Source: Phoronis australis (taxonomy: Eukaryota > Animalia > Phoronida). Taken from it: 64,000 nucleotides of DNA. The notes under the pieces are model-generated. The model was not told the origin of the DNA. It saw nothing but the letters and a program-made list of their open reading frames with translations, and made no database searches. Position 1 is the first letter of the stretch. Each line of letters starts with the position of its first letter. Shown piece by piece: positions 26,901 to 38,900 of the stretch. The DNA lies in NCBI GenBank assembly GCA_002633005.1, contig NMRA01000176.1, positions 381,740-445,739 of the forward strand. Reading direction: 5' to 3'. The position numbers and the translations under genes were made by a program.

Positions 26901-29900
26901 AGGGCACCGGCTTTGAACAGGTTCGTTTGCAGCCAGAAGTCGACACAGAATGAACTGATACACGTTGCCACTTCCGTACACAGCTTGGTGAGGTTCTGAG
27001 GAGAGAAAACGTGGATATCAGGGGTCAGAAATTCGGTCTTACGCTCCACAAAACAAATTCTGAAAAATTTACTAGTAACTGCTAGATATTGAAATAATTT
27101 CATTAGATTATTTTTATTGCAAAAAAACATCCCTTCCTTTTAGTTAAGATGGCGGACAACCGTTGGAGCCTGAAGACAATAGGTATACCAACGATACTAC
27201 CTACTTTACCCATGCAGTGACTGGCCCACACAACTGCAGGCAAATCTTTTTGCTATTTCCTTATTTACCTCTCCCATTGACTGGCCCATACCTTTCGGTA
27301 ACAACACCAACACAACTCTCAGGTACCACCTTAGTTACTGACAACATTGAGCGATTCACAACTTGCAGGTAGAAAATACAGCTGCATGACTCTTAACTAC
27401 TACATTAATTCCACTCTCAGTCATTGGCCCATACCTTTCAGTGAAAACAGCTGCACAACGCTTAAGAAATACCCATTACCATAGGCAATGTGTGGCCCAT
27501 ACCTTGCCATAAAAACAGTTGCATAACTCTTTACTACTACCTTATGTATCACTACCAGAGATTGGCCCATATTTTCAAGTAATAACAGCCGCACAACTCT
27601 ATGTATCTCTCCCAGCAATTAGCCCATACCTTGAAGTTAAGACAGCTGCTCAACACTAAGTACCACTTCCAGTGATTGGCCCATATTTTGAAGTAATAAC
27701 AACTACATAACCCTATGTACCACTCCCAGTCATTGGCCCATACCTTGAATTGAAGACAGCCAGTCAACTCTTTAATAATCGTCTCATTCTCCTGTATCTT
27801 CTCCCTGCAGCCCTGAAACTGTGCTGCCACAGCGTAACACTTGGTGATGTGAGTGCAGACATTCACAGACACGTCATCAGGCTTCGAGTAGGTGCTCAGC
27901 ATGATACAGCATCTGTTGAACGCCTCTTGCAGCACCTACAGAAATACCGAGAATGTCGTCCATTAGAACCTTGAGAAAATCCTTGCTATGCCCATCACGT
28001 GTACCGAATGGTGAATAGTCCAGTGATGGCCATTTCTTTTGATTGAGATGGCCATGTTAACTGGACCATTACGTTTTCGCTGTTAAGGGCATCAACAGAT
28101 GTTATCAAGCCTTTTCCAATCTAGATAATTTGACTACATAAACTGGCTATCAGTACCTGATGTTCGATATTACGGGCACTCGTGATTTTCAAAAGTAAAT
28201 GCGCCCACCACAGGATGTTCCAGGACTATACGCTGTTCGCATCAATCTAATAATTTCCGCCTTGTTTAAATTTTCGTGTCTGTAACGAATAGAATATTAC
28301 GACCGACCTACCTCAATACCATTCTCTCGCCTCAGCTCTTCAGCGTTCAGCGCCGAACAGTTGACCGTGTGATAGGCCAGTTCACTGGAGGCGGTGAGTA
28401 TGGGCGCCGACTTGGAGAACAGTCCTTCATCCTTGGTCTCAAGCTTAATAGTCTTAATGAGCATGGGGTAACCAGCATACTTGTATGGCTCCAACACTGT
28501 TGACAGAACAAGAGTTACCTCAGTGGCTACAGTTGTGCACTATGTTGTGTGTTGACCCACATTTATAACTTAGTTGTCTTCACTGAGACCATTAAAAAGT
28601 TAACCAGGAACTTACAAATGGTCTCAGTGATGACAGCTAAAGTTATAATGTCAAAATAACAAGACGTTTAAGTCTTGACATTTTTCTAGGTGTCCAACAC
28701 CATCCTCAGAAACAAAATGAGGTCATCTAACAAGGCCAGAGCAGTGTGAGAGTGAGGTAGATATAGCATGACCTCAATTCGTTTCTGAAGACCGTCATGG
28801 ACACATTGAAACATGTCAAGACATAAATATCTAGTTATTTTTCTGAACATTACCACAAGATGAGCAGGCGCAAATGCCAATGAAGACAAAATCTTAACTG
28901 GCACAACTTGACACAGAGTGACCCACACCATCAAAAAGTTGCCTGAACCTACAATCTATCTACTTTATACCACCAGAACAGAACATTGCCTGCTAATTTG
29001 GTCCACGTAATCGAAAGCATTACTTAGATCTAAAAAATTACCCGACCGCTTTATACCAGACGAAAAAATATCTGTCAATTAGTAAGTTCTATTTTTCAAA
29101 AGGAATGTTTGACTCTACACCTTACCTTCCTTGTAACGGCTGAACAGAATGGTCTGTGCATTCAGTATAAGAACAATGTTGACTGGATCAGGACCATCGA
29201 ATACCTTCTTCTTGCTACACAGAAACTCGTAAGCGCTATTCACCTTCTCAAACATCTCCCTACCCTCAGGGTTCTTATCGGGATGGTACTTCTGAGCTAG
29301 ACGGAAATAGGCTTTGCGAATCTTGGATTCATCCACACTACAAAGGGAAGACAATATTTGCAGAAAAAGGAGATATTCTTGGGCTTAGCTAATACATTAC
29401 CAACATCTGATTTCATGTTTTGGCCAAAGTTTGTGGTAACTGTGTAATAGAATCGGGGAAATATTACATATTTTGAAAATCATCCACATTAAACCTTCAA
29501 TCAATTTCACATCAAGTCAAACACAGCAAAACATGAGCAAAAACCGAATGAGCTTGCCTTGTAAGAACGTTGATAAAGAATCAATACAAAAAGTCATGAC
29601 AGTGTCCAGAATGAAGATAGCAGCCTTGCTTTTCACTCTAACTGTAGTGAAGACGAAAGGAATCCTCTTGCCCACTGAGGACACATTGTGGCCGATGGGC
29701 AGAAACTTATTTTTTTGCACGTCTACTAAGTAAGACCAAATTTCTGCTTTACATTTATCAAATTCTGATCTGCAGCTACGATCAGATGTTTTGAAACTTT
29801 GAGAGCATTCACAGTGATCTCCAAAGTATTTTTAAAAAAAATGAAGAAATGGCAATTTTGTATGTAATTTGTGAAATGTTACCGTGACAGACAAAATGCA

Positions 29901-32900
29901 AAACATACTGCTTTTTTTAAATCAATTTCACATGTCAATCACAGGTTACACCTGCAATGTTTCAATCAAGAATGCATCCTTTCCAAAATCTGTGACAAGA
30001 AGGCCAAAAAGAACTTACTCTCCACTGGGTAGTTTGAGCACATCTTTGGCCTCCTGAATAGACATGGATGGCGCCTTCTTCTCAACTTCTTTCTTCCACG
30101 CGTTAAGGATGTCCTTGAGCAGAGACACCTGAGGACACATAGGATGTGTTGTTATGCAATGTTTGTCACATGATCCACACGTAAAGCAATTTGTTGAGCA
30201 CTCTTGTTCTGAAGCGTTTAGAGAATGATATCAGTCATGTTTGGCAGTGTTGTAGGGGAATTGTGAGTAAACTGCCCCTGGGAGCACAGACTGAGTGCGC
30301 TTTAGGTATCAACAAGTCGATAACAATAAGGAAAAAACACCAAAAGTATATTCTGGTCTAGTTTTATCAAACCAAAAAGGAAGGAAAAGTAGTGAGCAAT
30401 CAAAAAATAAAATCAGAAATGCGGTAAGATTTGCGTAAGTCAAATTGAACCACACTGAGACTTTATCTGACTTATCTGAAGGGCCAAGAGCACAAACCAG
30501 ACCACCATAATGTGTAATTTTGAGTTTTGTTAAGCAAATATCCAATTGATGCATGTCCGAGTTAATGTCAAGTCTCAATGTAGAAACAAAGAGGAATTAT
30601 ATCACAGGCCTGCATCACATTCAAGTCTACAGCACTAATGAACTTACAACCAAAACCAGTTTTCTTCAAGCTAATTGTGAGAAAGTAGCCCAGACTGTCA
30701 TGTGTCTAATAAAACATAGTCCAATCAGCTCGAAGGACAACGGACCACACTTAAAAATCCTCAAGCAATATTATGAATCTACACGTACCGGGTCTTTGAT
30801 TGGCCAATCAGGGAAGCGTGTTGTATCACACAGGTGTTTAAGGTAGTAGACATTACAGAATAGCTCGTTCTCCAGTAAAGGATAGCTGATGACTGGTATC
30901 GGGCAGTACTGATAGAGGGCTCTGGTGTTACTCTTCAGACGTGGAGAGAAGTCGCAGAGATGAGTGGCGATTTTCTCAATCATCAACCGCCTGAAAGTGA
31001 ATGTGCAGTACAAAATTACGCATAGCAATTCACATCTTTTTTCAAGTAAGTAAGATAGGGAACAATTTTAATTATACATTGTTTTAAAAAGAACGATGAC
31101 TGTCACATTTGTAGTTGATAAAGTGTAATCATATGGGTTTATTAAAGGTCACAGCAGGCAGAGATCTATGAACTGAGCTGTCTTACTGAAGTTCACGATA
31201 GCTGAGCTAACGGCTTAAGTCGTGGCATGAAAATAAAACAACTGAATGAATTAACGCGTACTTTATTCAAGCGTCGTCATATTTTCATGTCTGGACAAGA
31301 ATTATCAGCTCAGGTATCGTGCACTTTAGGAACACAACTCAGCTCAGCTCCTAGCCCTCTGTCTGCAGTGACCCAAAAAAGGTAACTGAAGGTATGTGAA
31401 AGAGCCAGTCTGTAGATAGCTCCTAAGCACACTATTCAAAATTCTCTTAAACAGTTTAGTAGACTTTATAAACCCTCAATCTATCGAAGAAACTTATTTT
31501 TGATTTTGACTACCTACTGCATTAGGGCTATAAAATTGGTTTCAACTTGTACCTTATTCAGATGAGAAGTGATTATTGGTTTTGCAAATTACTGACTGTT
31601 TTTGCTCGAGATCATGCTTGGCAAATAAACCGACACACCATGATGAGTCGACTTATTCAGTCTAGTCTCAAAAGCAATAACGAATTGTCAGTTCTTTCCA
31701 AGCCCAGGAACCACATTTTATTTTGACTAAGTAACAATTCGACACCAATTTCGCAACTGGTAAGTGGCTTTAATTGAGTTGCTTTTTGTGATGGAAGGAA
31801 GGTATACAGTCGCTCTAACATCTCAGTGCAAAATGCACAGAGACTCAACTGGATTACAGTTTTAAATGTCTGATAACATTGACCTACCTCATTTCACCAT
31901 TCCATATGGCCTCGGGTGTATCAAACTCGCCGAGGAAGATCTGAGCAAACTTCTCCGGCTCGTATGCTTCCAGGTAGCACACCATGGCCTCTGGCAACAA
32001 GTGACCTAGGACGCTCCGCTGCATGATGTCTGATGTGCTGCCCTGACAACAACACAAGTTCAAGGTCAGTGATGACATTCAAAATCATTGTATTCTGTGA
32101 CAGGAATTCAACAAACAAGGGCAGCATTCACGCAAAATATTCCGGTGAGAGATTACAAAAATAATCTCTAGTTTTTTGTCATTGTATTGTCTGGTTCTTA
32201 ACTTTTGCTGGAGTCTAAAAAATTTTAAATTTACTGGACAGATCACAGCCATCTCTCATGGTTACAGGTGGCAGTGAATAGCCTAGTGACAAGTCTGTGG
32301 CAATCTGTTCATAGGCAGTCATCTGATAGAGCCGGCCATCAGGTAACCTGTCACAACACAATATTGACTGAAGAATGTAAGCAGACCTGGCCTGAATCTA
32401 CTTAATTCACAATAGCAGTCACAGATGGCAATATCCAAGCCAAAGGTCCTGCATGGGAATGCCCAGGGAAGAGCATTCCCCACATGGATGCGTGGAACTC
32501 AATAACAGACTATAATTCAGGAAAGTACGGTAGAGCAAAATGACAAGACGTACTATGGCACTTCATACCCATACAGTTTTGAAAGTTCAGGCAAGTTTCC
32601 AAAGAAATTTGAGTTTGTACACAGTATTATTCTCTGCAAGGAGACATGAACAAAATGATGTCTGTCATTACTGTATACCCTTTCAGAGGGGAATAATTAT
32701 ATTATTGACTTAACAGTTGGTAAATGGGGCTGATATTGGTTTTGAAATGTAGCGGTGAATCTCACCAATTTAGGACACATTATAATGGACAAGTCAAAAT
32801 TTTCCTGCTTTTTCATAAATGACACATAGTATCAAAATAGAGCTTTGTCATATTCACGTTATGAACTACATCTACCAAGACCCAATTAAAAAAAAATGTG

Positions 32901-35900
32901 GGCATTCACAAAAATACAAATGCAACTTTTAGAGATGGCGCTGCCTATAGCCCTGTTTCCTCCGTGTCTCACCTCATCTGATCTGAATGCCTGCTTGAGA
33001 TGAGTGTACTTGAGCAGCCTGGCTATAGGCAACACGTTGGAGCCCGTATACATCATGATGAAGTAGAAAAGACCACCTAGGTAGAGCCGCGACAGGTTGG
33101 GATTGTCCTGCATGATGTGATACACCAGGGTCGCAACCTTCTCCACCAGAACCGGGTCAAATGTCAGCAGCAGCTAGTAATGTAGAAAAAATTGATAGAT
33201 GACAAACAAGGTTCACCAATAAAATGCTCAAATCGTTTCTTTAGTGTGGTATTTGAAACGAAATGCAATTTGTTTATCAGCTGCTAATTCTTTGTTGAAA
33301 TCGAGACTTTTCTACTAATGACATTCTCTGGTAACTAAAGAATGTCAGAATTTCAACAAATTTCAAATTTTGTTAAGAGTCCCGCAAAACATTTCTACTT
33401 GCTTTGAATGAAAGAATCAAAAAACAACCCTGCAATGACTTAAAATGTTTGCAACACTACAATAATTTAAACAATTCAAAAGGATAAAACAATTACATCA
33501 AGCGGGTTGAGATTATTATTGTAACAGTGTTCAACCTTTCAACTGTACACCAGAATAACATTGTCTCGTCAATACTAGGATTACACAATATAAGCCTGAA
33601 GAGAGAAGCCACAAGACTGACCTGCACTATGACAAGACTGACCTGCACTATGACAAGACTGACCTGCACTATGACAAGACTGACCTGCACTATGTGAGGT
33701 AATGTAGTAGCATCTGAGAGGAGACGTTTGGCCATGGGAAGGGGGCGGATTATAGCACCTTCGGAATCTCTGCAAGAGTGTAGGGTACAGCGTTCATTGG
33801 AACACTTAAATATACACCAATAAGGTAGACATAATCATAAATATCATAGACGAAACGAAATAAAAGTGCTGTATGATTTTTTGGCACATGACAAACAATG
33901 GTCAAGACTAATACCTCATTCACAAGTTTCCCAACAGAGCATCAACTCACTAGCTGAATACGTTACCTTGAAATGGTCTAAAGTCCTCCATGCAAAAAAG
34001 TTGTAATTCTTACAAATTTCAGGTAGATTACCGCATGGCAGCAAAAGATTAGGATCACGAAATCAACAGAAGTAGGAAAAAATCCACTTTACTTCTTATC
34101 TTGCAAAACAAATTAACGGCTTATTAATGAGAAAGCCAACCATTCATGTAAACACAATAATCTTCCACTTTAGTTAGCAAGACTCCAGACTACGGACTGT
34201 AATAATTCAAGGACAAATGGAATTTATTTCGTCAGTTATCTGAAGAAAAAATAAAAGATAGGAAAATTCCAATTCACTGACGGCATGGTTCCCAAAGTAC
34301 TGATGTTGCGAAAACAAGACTCGGTGAAAAATGACAAATTAACATAAGGCAATCAGATTTTGAAAAATAGAAAATTACAAATTTGGCAATCATTTTTGTG
34401 CAAAATAACTAAAGAATTGTCATGCTTCCCAACTATTTAACCGTGTCTTGTGACTAGGGATGGACACAACAGTACCTGCTGGGGTAATACTCCACAATCC
34501 TAATTAGCATGTTAAGTACGAGCGTAGCAAGATCAGTCTCATTGAGCACAGCTTGACCGGTGGCAGCCAACGTCCACTTCAGTTGAGGTACGTTAACCAG
34601 CGGCCTCCAACCGTCCATTCCCTGAGCCCAGCATCGTGTCTTGGCTGTTAGAATGCCATCCTCGAACATTTGTTTCATCTGAAAGAAGAAAATACTTAAT
34701 TATTAGCAAAGACTAGAAGGCATTAAGCTTATATAACAGGGCTTGGAATGACCAATGACAAAAAACACGGAAACTTTTACGGCCCAAAACATGCGCGCTA
34801 CCCAGCCTTGAAATAGTCGATATGAACCTTACGCCGTTCACTCCCACCCCCACACATTTTTGGCTGCAGAGCCGTAGTATTTGTCACCGTGGTTTACAAT
34901 CACACGAGACGCCATTGAAAATCCCACCACACTATCCCAGATGCCCCGGCAATGTTGACTATTTACGTTCATCCGAAACATAAAGAGCAACTTCCGCTTT
35001 TTGAGGTGAACGACGTTGGTAACGCAGCGGTAAGAAAGGGATTTGCCGCGGAAATTTTATATCAAATCCGATTTTTTTACGAGGAAATATAATAAAATGC
35101 GCGGACAAAACATTTGAAAAAAGCGGAAATCCGCGCCTTGATATAAGGAATTTCTTGCAGGTCAATGTTCATGTCACACTTAACTAGTTGAAAATGATAC
35201 ACCAAAGGCCATTGTGTCATTGCAAGACAACGCAGACAAGAGACCTGTCTTACACTTGTTTAGATGCAGTGTGAATGAGGCATGACATTGAATGACTAAG
35301 TGCAAACTGCAATCATTGATAATTGATTTTAAGATTTCATGAATTTGAAACTTTATCTCAAATAATTATCTTATAACAGTGCGAATGTGCAAAAAATGTC
35401 AGTGACGATTTAACAATAAGAATCTGAAACCACTAAAACAATCTAGTGCCGACCATCAAGTACCTACATCCTCTGAGCTGAAAGGTCCCAGTCTCTCGCG
35501 GTCCTTGTTGCCATAGTACCATTCCTTCTCCGAGTCTCTCTGCATGTCTGGAGAAGCCTCTAACAAGTTGGACTAGGGAAGAGATGTAGGCCGCATGAAA
35601 CAAAGGTCAAGGGTAAGAATACAAATTATTTAACAAACATAAATGTGCTCGGACCATCTGAAAATTAAATCAAAATCAAAAGAACAAGAAAGTTTTTTTA
35701 CTGATCCTGGAGTTAAAACAACCTCAAATGCAACCTTTTTTAGATTACTTCACAATTTCATTCTGTGCACTACACTTTAGACAATCTAGGCAACAGTGAA
35801 CGCTTCAGTTTTTAATTCAACCAAACTAATAACTGCAGAGTGAATTGTTCATGGCAGTTCACAATAAAACAGTCATCCAGGGCCAGGGATTAATCTATGT

Positions 35901-38900
35901 ACTAAAAATTGATCTTGAAATTATTTTTTGGTATTTTCTAATCTATTATTGTGCAAACTCAAGATAAGTGTTTATTAATCAGTGCTCAAATACATTATGG
36001 TTTATGCATGTGTTTATAGTTCAAGTTTGCACTTGATGACCTCAATATTCGTAATACAGGCTCGAATAAAAACTTGAGACTTTGAGTGAAAACTTGAAAT
36101 TTTGAGTTCACACCCAGAACTTTTAATCTTAATGCTGGAGTCATCAAGTGCAAACTTGACTTAGAAAGTTATCCACACAAGCCATTACGTACCATATAGA
36201 ATAATAGACATTAGTCTTGAATTCGCACAATTTTGAGTTCCATTTCAACTAAAAAGATTAGGCAATGGGCCCAGGAAAGCATTTAAACGAAAACAAAATA
36301 ACTGAAATGATGCAGACTGTAAGCAAGTTACTGTCGTTACCTGTAGCGGCACCACAGCCCTGGTGGTGTGGAGATGAGCAAGGGTCAAGAGGTCAACGAG
36401 TACACGCAGACCATTGGCTGCGATCAGCTCTTTAACATTCCTCTGTAAAATTATTGTCATTTGTCATCATAGCAAAGTTTGAAATGTGGTTACAAACTTT
36501 TCAGACACCCTCTAATCACATATAAGACGTACTAAGACATGTTGTCTTATAAAGTCACATCCAATTAGTGCCAAGACAAAATCCATTAAAAACTAGAGTA
36601 GAGTATAACATGTCGTCAAACCAAACTGTAGCTGTTGTGAAGGGACAACTTAAGATCAACTCTATGACATAATGCGCACAAACAATTCAATGAGATAATG
36701 TGCTCTAATTCTGAACTTAGTATCATCATTAAGTCATGTAAGGGAATTAACTGTAAAACAGAGAGTACCTTGTTCAATATAAGTTTGTTTAGAAATGCAA
36801 CTAATCTGTCTCGTTCTAGTCTGTCTGTACACTGAAAATAGAAAATCAAAATCAAATTAATTGCATAGAAAAATTTGCGATTAGAATTGCCAAAATGCAG
36901 TTTTTGTATTTAAAAAGCCCATAATCAATAACCATGTTACAAGCAACGGAAATTCAACTATTCTGTAGTAGATGTACAACAAAACCAGGCAAAATTGCAG
37001 CAAAATTTTTCCACCATTATAGAAAATATGAAGAATTACAGCACAGGTGACGGAAATGAGAGGCAGAGGAGCAGTGACATTTTTGTCCCCCCCCCCTCCT
37101 AAAGAAAACCTTGTATGCCTGTCTTGTGAGCCTCAAGTTTCCAACGATTGACAACAACTGTTCCTGAAAACCATACTGCATTAAGCAAGGTTCATAACAA
37201 ATTAGCAGACCGATGAAAAGAGTATTTAAGGTAAAAAAGCATGACTGGTTCAGTCTGAACCCCAACACACCTGCATTCACAGACTAAAAAACAAAAAAAC
37301 AAGAAAAAAATAAACTGCACAAATTTTTTGCTCGTCTCAGGTGGATTTTATTTTTTGAAAAAGTGAACATTCAACTAAAATATACCACATCATTGACTCC
37401 ATTTTCCAACAAAAAACACAGACCTGAACCGACTTAATGGTTTCTTAGCCTAATAACAAAATAACTGATTGGAAAAGATTATAACAACATAACAGAGGAA
37501 AAGAATGAACACTGCGTACCCTTTCCAACATGCCAACAATATAGCGGGTGTCGTTAAACTGTCCGATCTCCTCGTAACACCGGCCGTACACGACAGTCAT
37601 GGCCTGCAGACACAGGCACTTCATGGGAATCTTGGGTGTCAGCAGGAACCGATGGTAGAGGTCATTGAAGAACTCATACCTGAAATACAGAGGACAGATT
37701 AACAGGTTACAATAACAGATTCAAGAATAAAAAATGCAAGTTTTCTGAGGAAAAATCTGATCATTTTGAGCGTTCATGTTGTGCAAGTATGGCATTAGCA
37801 ATTTTCAGGCTACGTCCAATGTTCAGTAAAGTACCGGTAATGATGACATAATGCAGCCAGAAGACCTACGCACTTATTTGAGTCGTACATTTGCCATTTT
37901 CACAAGTCCTCTTGGCAAGCAGGCTTTCAGACTAAAAACAGATTTTCAAAAATTTAAACCAAAATTGTAATTTTTTATACAGAATGCATTCCTTAAACAC
38001 TAAAAGACTAACATGTCTCGATAGAACACAGGAAAATTATAAAAAAATGAGAAAATAATTCAATTGACTTGAAAAAAATTCTAACATTTGTGACGTCTAA
38101 TCACTACAAAACAGTCAACGAAGTGGAGAAAATAAAATGCAGACAGCATTTTCTGACAAAAAATAAGAATCACTGACCTTAACCAGCAACAAATCATACC
38201 TGAAACACCAGGACCAGAGATCTAATCTCTATACTCCCAACTCGCCTTGAAAAAATTGACATATGCCCGCTCCAAGTACACTTACAAATTTGTGCGCGGA
38301 TTATGGCGGGACTGATTAAGCTTCAAAGTTGAGTCTCAGTTTTGTAATTTTGCTTGTTTTAGACAAGATAAATAAAAGCCAGTAACTATTACTCACGATC
38401 TTTTAATGGCACTTGTTTCCTCTGTACTCTCGTCTTCATTTTCCTCCAATAATAACCTTAAGTAGTAGTCTCCTGATGTGGACACAAAACAAACCAATCA
38501 ATGCGCATTTGACTTTTAGCGACAAGCACTCAATCAAGCAATGCATGCCAAAACACAGCCAACTCCACTGGAAAGTGACTATGATGCAAAATAAACAGCT
38601 AAAAGGTCTGAATAATACAACAAATGGGCGATTCAAAACTCATTAGGTGGCGCTCTAGTGAGACTACAACAGTCCTACGGTAATAACTGTATGTGTTCAG
38701 TCAGTCATATGGTACCCATAGCCCAAAGAGACCACAATGCTGAAAATTGTTTTCAGCTCACTGTGTAATCAGACGCAGCACCTGGTGAGTAAAGCGTTAC
38801 CCATTGGAATAAGGGAAGTGAAAGGAATAGTTGAAACTAAGTAGGTTACCCGGGTTTGCCTTCATGAAAAGTGACTTAAAACAAATGGCAGAAATGGGGT

